Positions 1 through 13,500 of a stretch of 64,000 nt of DNA are shown piece by piece; positions within the stretch are counted from its first letter, which is position 1, and every line of letters begins with the position of its first letter. A model generated the notes under the pieces. The model worked only from the letters and a program-made list of their open reading frames with translations, was not told the origin of the DNA and did no database searches. The position numbers and the translations under genes are program-made. Origin of the DNA: Mobula hypostoma (Eukaryota). The DNA is taken from NCBI RefSeq assembly GCF_963921235.1, contig NC_086108.1, positions 78,370,001-78,434,000 on the forward strand, written 5' to 3'.

Positions 1-770
1 CACAGCCAGTGAGTACAGTCCAGATGAGATCTTCGGTGATGTGTATACTGAGGAACTTGAAACTACTCAACCTCTCAAATGCAGTGCCATTGATGCTGAT
101 TGGGGCAAGCCTTTCTCCATTCCTCCTAAAATCCACGATCAGCTCTTTTGTTTATTTGACATTGAGGGAGAGGTTGTTAACTTGGCACCTCTGTGTCAGG
201 GTGTTAATCTCTCCTCTGTAGGCTGTCTTGTTACCGTTAGAAATAAGACCCATCAATGTTGTGTCATCTGCAAATTTGATCAGCAGATTGGAGTTGTATG
301 TGGCAGCACAGTCGTGGGTGTAAAGGGAGTAGAGGAGGGGACTCAGGATACAACCCTGAAGCGAACCTCAGTTGAGGGTCAGGGGGCAGAGATGAGGTAG
401 CCCACCCTTACATCTGTCGGCAATCCAGAAGGAAGTCTAGGATCCAACTGCACAGGCAGGGTGCAGGCAGAGGGCTCTGAGCTTCCTGTTAAATATGGAG
501 GGAATTATGGTATTGAATGCTGAACTGTAGTCCAGGGACAGCATTCTAACGTATGCATCCCTTTTCTCCAGATAAGTGAGGACGGTGTGTAGTACTGTGA
601 CCATGGCATCATCAGTAGACTGGTTCTGTTGGTAGGCAAATTGTAGGGGGTCCAGTGTGGGTGGTAGCATGCTGCAGATGTAGTCTTTAACCAGCATCTC
701 TAAACATTTGCTTATAATTGAGCTGAGTGCAACAGGGCGCCAATTGTTCCGGCATGCTACCTTGGTTTTC
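1..770 (-). mobile_element. Rex1/Babar-type LINE RT fragment (decayed, runs off the window)
   Basis: ORF 437-826: WRPVALSSIISKCLE...LDPLQFAYQ...STDDA...VRMLSLDYSSAFNTIIP. Confidence 0.85.
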
Positions 771-1699
771 AATGATGAACGATTTGTAAACGTATGATAC
801 AAACATGATATGCAATAAGGTACCAAGCGATGCTAGACTTACTAAAAAGAGATAAAACCAGGATATTTTGATCATATAACCTCTTCATTGCATTTCTGAT
901 AGTATTTTATTATTAAAATTAAGCAAATATTATTTCCAATTTTTGTAATTTGAGCAAAATGATACCGAAAATTGAAATTACATTAAAAATTACAATTAAA
1001 AAGGTTATATCCACTTCTAGAAGACTAAAAATAAAGCTACTGCAACACATCTAACACCATAAGTATTGCAATAACTGAGATTAACATAAAATATTGCAGA
1101 ATGGACAAGACTTGGATTAAAAATGGCATTTAAACTTGCATTTTATCCTTCAGGATTGCATAATTGAATAAATTTATCCATTAATCCAACAAATTTGAAA
1201 ATCAGTTAATTTTTCAACCTGAAGTTCTGTCCCATAACCATGTCATTGAAGTAAGGTTATAATATCATGTAGGAACATTGCCCTCTTTTTGCCACTCACT
1301 ACCCACAACAGCAGTACTCAACTACCTTCTCTACTTTCCATGCTAGTTTATTAATTCCAATGAAAGCAAATAGAAGTTAAAAAAAGATTTTCTTCTTTAG
1401 GATGTACATTTCATTTCAAAACAATAGACTCTTTGTTGCTAAAATAGTGGTGCTGAATTTTTCAACACCAAATTCCCTTTAGAGTTTGATATCTTAAACT
1501 ATTCTTTGCTTTTCTTCAGCTCAGTACCATACAGATAACAGATATTACACTTGCATATCATTAAAGTTAACTGTTGGATTTTCTTTATAGAGAAGAGCAT
1601 TTAAGAAAAACAAGTTTTATTACATTTTATTGAATGGATAATGATGGCAATTCATTAGTTATTTATAACTAATTGATGATTTTGATTAACCTTAGGAAG

Positions 1700-2500
1700 G
1701 ATAATGGCGCCTAATGACAACTCCTTTGCTTGCATCTTCAGAAACAGCTCTATTTCGACCTTTAATATCTTTATTTTTCCCTTTCAGGGTTCTTTTGAAG
1801 ACCCTGACCTGGAGTTACGCGCAGGCTTCAGTTCTTTGTGAGAATGGGACACGTTCTCGGGGTTCCACAACTGGCTGTTATTCGACATGCCAAGGGTTTG
1901 GCCTGGGAGTCTCAATCATGTTTGGAAGCCTAAGATTTCGGGGCTCTGGAGACTGGCGGATCCAAGGGTCGGTGTCACGGCAGCAGACTCATGTGTCGTC
2001 AGGAAGGCTGGAAAATCTTTTGCTGTGGTCCTGAAGACCCGAGGCCTTTGTGATCTTCGGACACAGAGCTCGAAAAAAAGCGATGAAATGGACTTTTAAC
2101 ATCGTAAACCAGCAGGTTGTTGTTATGTCTCCCACTCACTATGAAAATGGGGGATACCACCCTCTCCCTTGCCAGGGAGAGGGAGAACCTGTGGTTTGTC
2201 AAATGTCAGATGAAATGCGAAGCCTTTGGGTAACTTTGGTCTGTGTTTTTGCTATTGCTTAGCTCACGCTTGGGCTCGGTGATGGTACCAATGCACTTTT
2301 TTTTACTGGTGGGGGGAGGAGGGATCGTTGCTTGTTGCCACTTACGCACGGGAACTAGGGGGACTTTGGGGTTCTCACGTTTAACTGTCGTTCATTCTTT
2401 GGGGCACTCCTCTGTTTTTGTGGATGTTTGCGAAGAAAAAGCATTTCAGGATGTATGTTGTATACATTTCTCTGACATTAAATTCAACCTTTGAACCTTT
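1700..2500 (+). repeat. Non-coding SINE-like interspersed repeat
   Basis: GC-richer island ending in attaaa plus a tandem (tgaacctt)-like tail, typical of Rex/L2-mobilised elements. No convincing ORF. Confidence 0.5.
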
Positions 2501-2529
2501 CAACATAGATAACGTGTTCTAGTTATGCA

Positions 2530-4580
2530 CAAGAACAGAACAGTACAACAGAGGAACACGCTCTTGGCTTCCCGTGTATGCTAACCATGATGCCAAATTA
2601 AACCCTTCATACTGGCATGTGATCCATTACCCTCCATTTTCTGCATATTCATGTAACATCTAGAAGCCTCTCTAATGTCAGTATTGTATTCCACTACCAC
2701 CATGGCTGTATGTTCCAGGTACCTTCCATTTTCAGTATTTTTAAAAAAATATTTGCCAAGCCTATCTCCTTTGAAGCTTTCCCACTCTCAGCTTAAAGCT
2801 AAGCCCTCTGGTACTTTACATTTCCATCTTTGGAGAAAAATTGTCCACTCTCTCTATATCTCTCAATTTTACAAACTTCTAACAGGTTCCTCCCTCAGCC
2901 CAAAACAATCCAGAGAAAACAATCCAAGTTGTCCAACTTCTTATCACTAATACCCTCTAATCCAAGTATCATCTTGATACACCTTTTCTGCATGGTCTCT
3001 AAAACCTCCACACCCTTCCTGTAATGGGAAAACCAGAAATGCACACAGTCCTGCAAGTGGGCCCAAACCAAAGTTTTGTACAGCTGCAACATGGCTTCCT
3101 AACTTTTAAGCATAATGCCCCAAGGCAAGAATGCCTTCTTCACCACCCTGTGTTGAGACTTTCAGAGAGCAACGAAGGCCAAAATGCCAAAAGCTCTCTT
3201 TATGACCTATGTACCTACCTGGGATGCCATTTTAAAAGAATTATAGATTGTATTCTCAGATCACTTTGTTCAACTGCACACCTCAGTGCTGTACCATTCA
3301 CTGTGTAAATCCTACCCTAGTTTATTCTGTCCAAGTGCATCACCTCATACTTGTCTGCATTAAATCTCCTGCTAAGACAATGCTGAATCCAATTTACAAT
3401 TTCATCCTGAATGCCAAAAGAGTACACCTTCTGGACCAGCCTCCCATGCAGAACTCTGTCTATGTTGAATATGTCCACTGCCTTTCCTTCATCAACCTTC
3501 CTCGTATTCTCCTCAAAATCACTAAGATTGATTAGATATGATGTAGACACACAAAACCATGTTGGCTATCTATAATATGGCATTTTATGTCAAATTACTT
3601 GCACATAATTTACCGATGACTGATAGGCCTGTAATTTCATGATTTTTAGAGCCTTTCTTGAACATTAGAGCAACATTTGCTGTCCTCCTACACTTAACCG
3701 TGGCTAAGGAAGTTTTAAACATCTCAGCCAAAGTTCTGGCAATTTCTGCACCAGACTCCCATAAAGTCCAAGGAACACTTTATCAGTCCATGGGGAATCA
3801 TCCAACCCAATTTGCCTCAAGGTAACAAGTGTCTCTTCTTCTGTAATCTGGATGTGGTTGTTTATCTTACTACTCTTTTGCCTCAGTTGTATGGACCCTG
3901 TGTCTGTCTCCTGAGCAAATACAAGCACAAAAACAAATCATTTAAGGTCTCACCCATCTCTTTTAGCTCCATGTGTAAGTGACCAAACTGATCTTCCAGG
4001 GGACCAATTTTGTCCCTTGCTATCCTTTTGCTATTAATATATCTACAGAACTCCTTGCGATTCTCTTTAACTTTATTTAGCTCACCCTCATTTCCTCTTC
4101 AAGTCCTCTTGATTTCTTTCTTAAGCATTCTGTTGCATTTTTTATACTCAAGTGCTCATTTAATTCTAACTGCTTATACCTGATATGTGTCTCCTTCTTC
4201 TTAACTAGGGCCTCAATATCCGTCAAAAAGTAAGGTTCCATAAATCTGTTAGCCTAGTCTTTTATTCCAACATGAAATCACAGATTCTGTACTTTCAATA
4301 TTTCACTTTTGAAGGAATCCCACTTACCATGCAATCCTTTGTCAGAAAACAAGCTATCCCAGTCCATACTTAACAGATTTCTTCTGATGTCATCAAAATT
4401 GGCCTTTCTCCAATTCAGAATCTCAACCCAAGGACCATCCTATCCATCTCCATAATTACATTCAAACTAATGGAATTACGATCACTAGATCCAAAGCATT
4501 CCTCTATACACACTTCTATCACTTATCTTGTCTCATTCCCTAAGAGGAGATCCAGTATCATGCGCTCTCTTGTTAGAACT
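2530..4580 (-). mobile_element. CR1 LINE, old and internally deleted
   Basis: Minus-strand fragments MLQLYKTLVWAHLQDCVHFW, FEENTRKVDEGKAVD and FNADKYEVMH. CR1-type 3' end near 2530. Confidence 0.8.
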
Positions 4581-4959
4581 TCTACATATTATCATCAAAA
4601 TATACAAATGTGGTACAATGAAATAATCGTATAAGAAGAACAATATATTGGCTGGAAAACAATACAGCAAAATAGATATTTACATAGTTATAAACATAAC
4701 AATTTGAACACAGGCCATCAGGATGGTATTAAATTGGATGACAAAAACATGATGGGCAAAACCATAACTTTGTCAAGTCTGCTTCTACCACAGTGTTAAG
4801 AGCTAGATATATTTAATCACCAACGAAACAGAGTCTTTAAATGACCAACCTGTCAAAGTTACCTGTTATTCACAAAAGTTAAAACCAGATTCATATTATT
4901 TTCCTGTTATGAAACAATCTCGCAAGCATAACAGACAGAAGGTCAACAGAAACATAACA

Positions 4960-6547
4960 AGGGAGAAGAAGCTCAAAAAGATGAAAGACCTAAAGGTACA
5001 TAAGTCACCTGTACCAGATGAACTGCACCCTAGGGTTCTAAAAAAGGTAGCGGTAGAGATTGTAGAAGCATTAGTAATGATCTTTCAAGAGTCATTGGAC
5101 TCTGGGATAGTTTCCAGAGGACTGGAAAATTGCAAATGTCACTCTACTCTTTAAGAAAGGAGTTGGGGGGGCAGTAGAGAGGAAATTATAGACAAGTTAG
5201 ATTGAGTTCAGTGGTTGAGAAGACATTAGAGTCAATTGCTAACAATGAGATTATGGAGTACTTGGTGATACAGGACAAGATAGGACAAAGTCAGCATGGT
5301 TTCCTTCTGGGAAAATCTTGCTTGACCAATCTGCTGGAATTCTTTGAGGAGATCATATGTAGCACATATAAAGAGGATGCAGTAGATGTTGTATACATGG
5401 ATTTACAGAAGACTTTGACAAGGTACCATACATGAGGCTGCTTGCCAAGTTAAGAGCCCATGGTATTACAAGAAATGTACCAGCATAGTTAGAGCATTGG
5501 ATGAATGGTAGGAGGCAATGAGTGGGAATAAAAAGATCCTTTTCTGGTTAGCTCCCAGTGACTAGTGGTGCTCCCCAGGGGTTGGTGTTGGGATCACTTC
5601 TTTTTATGCTGTATATCAATGATTCAGATGATGGAATAGATGGCTTTGTTTGCAGATAATACAAAGATTGGTGGAGGGACAGGTAGGGTTGAGGAAACAG
5701 GAAGGTTGCAGAAGGACATAGCCAGATTCAGAGAATGGGCAAGGAAGGCAAGTGAAATACAATGTTGGAAAATGTATGGTCAAACACTTTGGTCGAAGAA
5801 ATAAATGTGCATATTACTTTCTAAATGAGGAGAAAATCCAAAAATTCAGAAAAGGGACTTGGGAGTCCTTGTGCAGAACTCCTCAAAGGTTAATTTGCAG
5901 GTTGAGTCAGTGGTAAGGAAGTCAAATGCAATGTTAGCATTCATTTCAAAAGGTCCGGAAAACAAGGGCAGGGATGTGATGCTTAGGGTTTATAAGGCAC
6001 TGGTGAGTATTGTGAACAGTTTTAGGCTCCTTATCTAAGAAAAGACGTGCTGGCACTGGAGAGGGTTCAGAGGAGATTCACAAGGATGATTCTGGTAATG
6101 AAAGGATCATCATATGAGGAACATTTGATGGCTCGGGCCTGTACTCACTGGAATTTAGAAGAATGAGGAGGGATCTCAGTGAAATCTTTCAAATGTTGAA
6201 AGGCTGGGACAGAGTAGATGTGGAAAGGATATTTCCAGTGGTGAGGGAGTCTAGGACAAGAGGGCACAGCCTCAGGATAGAGGGGCGTCTATTAAACAGA
6301 GATACAGAGAAATTTCTTTAGCCAGAGGGTGGTGAATTTGTGGAGTTTGTTATCACAGGCAGCAGTGAAGGACAGATGGTTGGGTGTATTTAAAGTGGAG
6401 ATTGATAGGTTCTTGATTGGCCATGTCATCAAAGGTTACGGGGTAAAGCCGGGGAGTGGGACTGAGCAGGGGGAGTAAATGGCAGAGCAGATTTGATGGG
6501 CCAAATTGCCTAATTCTGCTCCTATGTCTTATGGTCTTCTGGTCTTG
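4960..6547 (+). mobile_element. CR1 LINE, 5'-truncated RT and 3' UTR
   Basis: KSPVPDELHPRVLK and SQHGFLLGKSCLTNLLEFFEE. 3' end ggcc..cctaattctgctcctatgtcttatggtctt. Confidence 0.9.
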
Positions 6548-7259
6548 TAAGAAAACTAAATGGATAACACCTTATAAAAAAGGTAATGGAAGTTCAGCCC
6601 TAATATAAAGCATGCTAACTAAAAAGGTAGTTTGCAGATCATAAATTGTGACTGAGTGAGAGTAAAATAATTTATTTGGGCATTCTGAAAAAAAAAGTTA
6701 CAGAGAAGGTTTTATAGAGCTTGTAAATGTTTTATGATGGGAATTATAATTGAAAATCAATACATTCCAAGAGTAAATTTGTAGAGAAACAAAGGACAGT
6801 CAATTTATCCAGCTGGCAATTGTTATTCTGTCAGCTCTATACATTATTACAAGATAAAAATGGCAAATGTATAGCAGTCTATATACCCAAAGATATAGCA
6901 AAGTGTAACTATAAAAGCAATGGTGAAGAACTAGAAAGGGGCAGACGGTAGGAAAAAGGATTTAACATTTTGGTTAATCATAAGAAAAATCAAGGAGGAA
7001 GATCAATAGGCAAGTGGTCGGATAAACGATAACTTGTCTCGGCTATTTTATGAGTAGTATGCTTTGAATATCTTAATTTTAAATTAAGCTTTTTTTCAGA
7101 AATTCCATTATCAATTTTGTAAAGTTCTATTAAATAAATTGAAAGGAAGAAATATTTAGAAGCTGGAAATCTGAAATAAAACAGAAAACCTAGAAATATT
7201 TTGCAGGTTAGGAGGCATCTGTGGGGAGGATATTCAAGCTCATAGGACTAGATAAGCAG

Positions 7260-9250
7260 ATCCTAACTCGGGACATAGCATAGAAATCTTGAGGTGGGGC
7301 TTGGTGGGTGGCAGATGCTTCCCAAGGGTCATCAGGTGAGAACCCCCCTTCTTAGATATTTCATCAGTTTAAGCCCACTACATCTCCAGAGGGCTCAAAA
7401 GTACAACCTGGCATCCCAGGTGCACCCCTTTCACATCTGGCCACCCATGGGTCATTTTAGGACCCAGCTGCCTTCACTCCTCTTCATCCATAGTCAGTGG
7501 CTGCTTCACTCATCTACCTCCGAGAATTCTTTTATAGCTTGCCAGTGGCTCTGGCCCCAGACTCCCAATCCCTTCAGTATTCTGAGCATGGAAGTAGCCA
7601 CAAATCTTCTGCATCCAACCTCTGCTGGGAAAATGTGCACCTTGCATCCATGCTGCTTAGCATCTGTGGCCAGTTCAGCATATCTTACATGTTCCCGCTC
7701 ATATGCCTCGCAGACCGCATTCTTCCCAGAGCACTGTGAGCTCTGAGAATTACTACAGTCTTCAGACTGCTGGACCACAAGACCAAATCTTGCCTGAGGG
7801 TGGATATCTCCAGGGGAAATATTAGCCTTTGTCAAGGTTGACAGCCATGTTCCAGTCATGAGCAGGCTCCAGTATACCTGACAACAACCATGTCACTGAG
7901 GATGGCACTGTCTGTCCTTGCTGGACAAAGGAGATGGTGGTTCTTCCAGTCATATGATGCTTAAGAGTTGTTATTCAGCCTTCGCTTCTCCACAATGGAT
8001 GCCAAATATCCAAGGACCTGGTTGTGCTTCCATGTGCATCTTCCTTGAGTGAGGCTTACTTTGCAAGATGAGAGGATGTGATAGAGGTTTGCTGTTCTTC
8101 CACAGAGTGGACAAGCTGGATCTTCACTGAGCTACTGGTTCAGATTTTTTGAGAGTTGGGAGAACATTATAAACAGCTCTTACAAGGAAGCTAATCTTTC
8201 TTCCTTCCTTTTTCTTTAAGTCTTTGCAACTGGATTTTCTTTTCTCAATGTTTTCCCACCTTGTCCAGTGTCCCTGTTTTGCCTGAGACACTGCTCTTGC
8301 ATACCTCATCTTCGCCTCCTGTCGCTGTACTTCCTCCACCACCATAGCTCAACTTTTGCTTTTGTGCTGTCGCCTTTTGCCAAATGGGCCTATTTGAGCC
8401 TGTGCCAAGCCCCCCTCTTCCAGATTGCACATGGCCCACCATGTCTGCAAACCTGAGTGCTGCCTTTGCAAGTTTTACTGACGCTGCTGGAAGCCACTTT
8501 CTCCCTGTTAAGGTCCTGGATGTAGTATTCTGGACAAAACTGTCACGAGATTCCAAGAGAGTCATCTCAAGCCTCACCTTGGCACACCTGAATTCTTCAG
8601 TCAGCCCTGTGACAGGCAACTTCAGAGCTCCTTTGCCATACGGGTAGATGTTACTTAGTGATCTTGGTAGACCCATCCACTTGTTAATGAAGGAACTAAC
8701 TGTCTTCTCCATCTTTTCAACATGAGGTGATGGGGAATTCATACAGAGTCAGTGGCCACAACACCCAAGGGAGAAATCCAAACTGAAGGCACCAGAGGTT
8801 GAGGTTTCCTGGCAGCAAGGCTTTATTGATGCTTTAAGCCCTTTGATGATTTCTTCTCTCAGCAGTTTCACTTGATTTGTATCACTGAGGTTTATCGTAC
8901 CAATGCCCAAGCTTTAAATGACATTTCTGACACAGTAAAAATTGCTTCCCTTCCACATGGCACTTGTAGTCAACCAGCCTTCCCTTGACTATAGAAATGC
9001 TCCTAGACTTCTTTGTTTTAATCATCATTTGGGCCGTTTGATGTTTGAATGGAGCTTCTCAAGCAACAATTTGATAGTTATCAGGACAGTTAAATCATCC
9101 ATAAATGCCCAAATTGGTGGTAGGTGTAATCCTGACTTCAGTCATTCTCCTCCTACTACCCATTTAGAAGCTCCAATGATTACTTCCATTGCCATGGTAA
9201 AGGTCAACAGAGAGATGGTACAACTTGCTATTATACCTATCTCCACAGGC
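7260..9250 (-). mobile_element. HERO-type non-LTR retrotransposon with restriction-like endonuclease (5'-truncated, decayed)
   Basis: Hand translation gives RT EIGIIASCTISLLTFTMAMEVII and LPPIWAFMDDL (about 9090-9240), CCHC knuckle CPLCGRTANLYHILSSC (about 8063-8113), and RLE tail EAYERE..YAELA...FPAEVGCRRFV (7506-7730). Confidence 0.85.
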
Positions 9251-9522
9251 TGCTTTCAAGTCAATAACCTTTCATCACACCTAGTGAAGGTTAGAAATTC
9301 AATTAATAAGTCTTCTTCAACTTCTGTCAGCCAACCTCGCTATACTTCTGTCAGATTCTCTTTGTTTCTACACCATCACAAATAATGTCCCCTCCACCTT
9401 TGGAGCCCAAACCATGTTTTATATCAAACTTCACCCGGTTCTGAAAAAAGTACTAACTTTGTATCGCTCTCAGTCCAACTTGATGAGTATTTCCAGAATC
9501 TTCTCTTTATTCCCAGTAAATA

Positions 9523-12350
9523 CAGTGGTGCTAGAAAGTTTGTGAACAGTGTAGAATTTTCTCTATTTCTGCATATGATCTAAAATGTGATCAGATCGTC
9601 ACACAAATCCTAAAACTTGATAGAGAGAGCCCAATTAAATAAATAACACAAAAAACATTATACTTGTCCATTTATTTATTTATCGAGAAAAATGATCCAA
9701 TATTACATGTATTTGTTAGAAAAAGTATGTGAACCTTTACTTTCAGTAATTGGTGTGACCACTTGTATGGCAATAACGTCAACCAAACATTTCTGGTAAC
9801 CGTTAATCGGTGCTGTACATCAGCTTGGAGGAATTTCAAAGCCATTCCTCCTTACAAGTCTGCTTCAACTCTGGGATGTTGGTGGGCTTCCTTGCATGAG
9901 CTACTTGTTTTAGGTCCTTCCACATATTTCTGTAGGTTTAAGGTCAGGACTTTGACTCGGCTATTCCAAAACACAAATTTTCTTCTTTTAAAATCATTCT
10001 GTTGTTGATTTACTCTTGTCTCTCAGATCATTGTTTGGTTGCATTATCCAACTTCTATTAAGGCTCAAGTGATGAATTGCTACCCTGATATTCTCCTGCA
10101 AAATGGCTTGATATAAGTTTTGAATTCACTGTTCCCTTAATGATTGCAAGCTGTCCAGGCCCTGAGGCAGCAAAGCAGCCCCAAACCATGATGCTCCTTC
10201 CACCAGGCTTCACAGTTGGGATGAGGTTTTGGTGTTGGTGTGCAGTGCTCTTTATCTTCCAAACATAGCAATATACATTTCTGACAAAACGTTCACATTT
10301 TGTCTCATCTGTCCACAGAACATTGTCCCAAAAGCTTTATAGAACACTTGTATACTTGAGACACGCAGCAATTTTTTTTTTGGATAGTAATGGTTTCCTC
10401 CATGGTGTCCTTCCATGGATACCATTCTTGTTCGGTGTTTCTCTTATAGTGGACACATGAACAGAGGCTTTAGCAAGTTCTAGAGATTTCTGCAGGTCCT
10501 TTGCTGTGACCCTTGAGTTCTTTTTCACCTTCTTCAGCATTGCACATTGTGCTGTTGGTGTGATCTTTGCAGAATGCCCACTCCTAGGGAGAGTAGCAAC
10601 AGTAGAGTTACCTCCATTTGCAGAAAATTTCTCTTACTGTGGACTGATGAACAATCAGGTCTTTAAAAATGCTTTTGTAGCCTGCTCCAGCTTCATGCAT
10701 CTCTACAATTCTTCTTCTAAGTTCCTCTGAAAGTTGTTCTGATCGAGGCATGGTGCACATAAACAGATCTTTCTTGAGAAGAGCAGGCTCTGTCAGTAAC
10801 CTGACTTTGTGTGATATATATACCTCCAATCCCATCTCATTGATTGGAATACCTGACTCTAAGTAGCTTTTGTAGAAGGCATTACCCCAGAGGTTCACAT
10901 ACAGGTTTCCCCTGCTACCCGAAGGTAGAGCGTTCCTATGAAATGGTTCATAAGCCGGAATGTTGTTAAGTGAATAAACAATTACCATTTATTAATATGG
11001 GAAAAATCTCTGAGCATTCCCAGACCCAAAAAATAACCTACAAAATCATGCCAAATAACACATAAAACCTAAAATAACAGTAACATATAGTAAAAGCATG
11101 AATGATATGATAAATACACAGCCTATATAAAGTAGAAATACCTTTCTGCAGCACTGTCTAGCGCAGCAAAAATCTCACGGCAGCACTCTTGGTGGAAGCA
11201 CTCACGGCAGAAACACTCTCTCCAGTAACCTTTAAGCTATGAAGCTGCCAAATCATACCAAATAACACATAAAAATACACAGCCTATATAAAGTAGAAAT
11301 AATGTATGTACAGTGTAGTTTCACTTACCAGCATCAGGAAGACTCCAATAAATTGCAGTTTCGTCACAGTTAAATACTTGCTTATACGAATAACCACCTT
11401 CTGTAATTATTTTCTTCAGTTCTGCTGGGAACTTTTCGGCGGCTTCAGTATCAGCCGAAGCACTCTCTCTGGTAAACGTTAAACTATGAAGCTGCCCTCA
11501 CCTCAGAAACCGATCAAACCACCCATGACTACCTTTAAATTCCACTTTCGCCACACTTTCATCACCATTGTCCAGTGTTTTCTGTTTCAGCTTATTAAAA
11601 AGACTGACTGATTTCTCCGTAAGCATAAGAAAACTTAAGAGAACACCACACTTTGTACACCCATCAATCCACTCAAGCAATAGACTTTCCATTTTATCCT
11701 TCACTGGATGCCGACTAAGAGAAACCACTTTGCTACAAGCAGAACCAACAGTAACATCGGCAGCTGTCAAAATTCTTTCTCTCTGCGTATAAATAGTGCA
11801 AATGGTGGACGCAGGCAAGTTCAACGCGCGGACAATGTCCTTACTTCCTTCACCATGATCGAAACGCTTAATTATGTCTAGTTTTACGCTAAGTGTAACA
11901 CCCTTATGAGCTCTTATAGGCTTTTCCGGTACCTTAGAACTCATCTTGCTAACGGATGCACAAAATAAATTGAGATAAAGCACATGCTTAAGCAATGGCG
12001 GCTAGAATGCATATCCGGGGGAGGAGCCTGGCTGTTCAGGCGTGTGCTGCCTTTTCTCGTACCAGTGAAAACACCTTCTGTTAGCGAAAACAGGTAACTA
12101 ATGTAGGTCTTTCATAACAGCGAAAGGTGTCGTAAAGCGAATGTTCGGAAAACGGGGGCCACCTGTACTTCTTCCAAAGAATACATGTAATATTGGATCA
12201 TTTTTCTCAATAAATAAATGAACAAGTATAATGATTGTTTTATTATTCATTTAATTGGGCTCTCTTACATAAAGATCTGATCATATTTTAGGTCATATTT
12301 ATGCAGAAATAGAGAAAATTCTACAAGCCACAAACTTTCGAGCACTACTA
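9523..12350 (-). mobile_element. Tc1-family DNA transposon (long inverted repeats with inner direct repeats), decayed
   Basis: TA|cagtggtgctagaaagtttgtg ... cacaaactttcgagcactacta|TA. Transposase from 10751: MPRSEQLSEELRRRIV, then KPLLSKK, WTDETK and PSQSPDLKP. Confidence 0.9.
10902..12165 (-). mobile_element. pogo/Tigger transposon copy A (N-terminal half retained), nested in Tc1
   Basis: TA|caggt...acctg|TA. ORF 11498-11995 has a psq-type HTH plus CENP-B-type HTH ending FKGSHGWFDRF. It continues to VFNCDETAIYW, then is deleted. Confidence 0.9.
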
Positions 12351-12407
12351 TAAAACCATGTCACTTGAAAGTGATTAAAGTGGATGTGGATAAATATTCA
12401 ATAGATC

Positions 12408-12600
12408 AAGGAAGAGAGGGGAATAGGGAAGAGGAATAGAGGGGAATAGGGAAGAGGAATAGAGGGGAATAGGGAAGAGGAATAGAGGGGAATAGGGAAG
12501 TGGAACAGAAAAGGATTTGAAGCCAGCAGGTCAGACATATATTGGATGGTGAGGCTGGTTAGATAGCCTACTCCAGCCCCTAATTTTCTTGTGTTCTTGT
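12408..12600 (+). repeat. CR1 3' remnant containing a 24-bp purine tandem repeat
   Basis: About three copies of gaagaggaatagaggggaataggg at 12412-12500, followed by a CR1-like tail. Confidence 0.6.
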
Positions 12601-13407
12601 TCACTTCCTTTATCTTATTGATGCCATAATTGAGAACAGATGACACTAAACTTTCATAAGCAGAACTATTTTCAAAATGACACTTTCTACCACATCTGAT
12701 TAAAGACTAGAAAAAAATTCACTACACAAGTGAAATTATCATATTACTTAAAACATTAGAAAAAGTAAAACTCAGCAATACTTGTAAGTTAAATTTATAT
12801 ATTAGATCTTTACTGAGGTGATTATTTTAGTTAAAACATTTGTTCAGTTCCACTGTCATAAAGTTCCACTTTGAAAATTTGTCTTGATTAAAAGACTTGA
12901 CTTTCTATTGTGCAAATATATTTTCCCTTCCCACTAAAACTGCAAAATAAATTGGTCAAGTGTAAAGACTGTGATTGGAAACAACTACCAAAACTAGCCC
13001 TAGACATTTACACATATGACAGGAGGCAACTTATCTCACTAAACAAGCTCTCTGTGTGGATTCAGTAGGTGGTGTACAACAGACAAGTTTTATTTCAAAA
13101 AATGAACTTGCAAGTTTGAAATAAAACTTTGGAGATAAGTAAAATTGGAAGATTCATTAGAACTCACAGACATTCTTGGTGGATGTAGGACCATGTCTCT
13201 TCTTGGGAACTTCAGTGAATCAGCAGAGTAATATACAGGTATATAACATCACTTACAGTAATGCAGTTTAATAAAGGTTACTAAAATCATAACTGGGACT
13301 AGATCTTTACTTCACAGGAAATTCATACAACAAATCATTTTCTATGAACATTAATTTTAGCAATGCTTTAACAAAATTCAAAATTTGAAAAGGGAACTGA
13401 TACATAC

Positions 13408-13500
13408 TGTAAATGCACCACAATCTCGTCAATATTTGTAATATTAACCTTGTCCTTTACAGCTTCCACATCATTCTTTAAGTGGGAAAAACTTGAAAAG
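13408..13500 (-). CDS. CCDC24: CCDC24 coding exon (93 nt, phase 2 to 2)
   Basis: Acceptor tttcttatttttcccag|C and donor TTACA|gtatgt. Only the phase-2 frame is open: FSSFSHLKNDVEAVKDKVNITNIDEIVVHL(Q), corresponding to human [23 protein letters not shown]. Confidence 0.88.

Noticed and set aside
11498..11995. Possible domesticated TIGD/CENP-B gene
   Set aside because: It lies within TIRs with a TA TSD, stops early and lacks most of the catalytic domain.
13449..13500. Shorter 52-nt version of the exon using AAG|gttaat
   Set aside because: CCDC24 homology continues through VNITNIDEIVVHL to the better donor at 13408.
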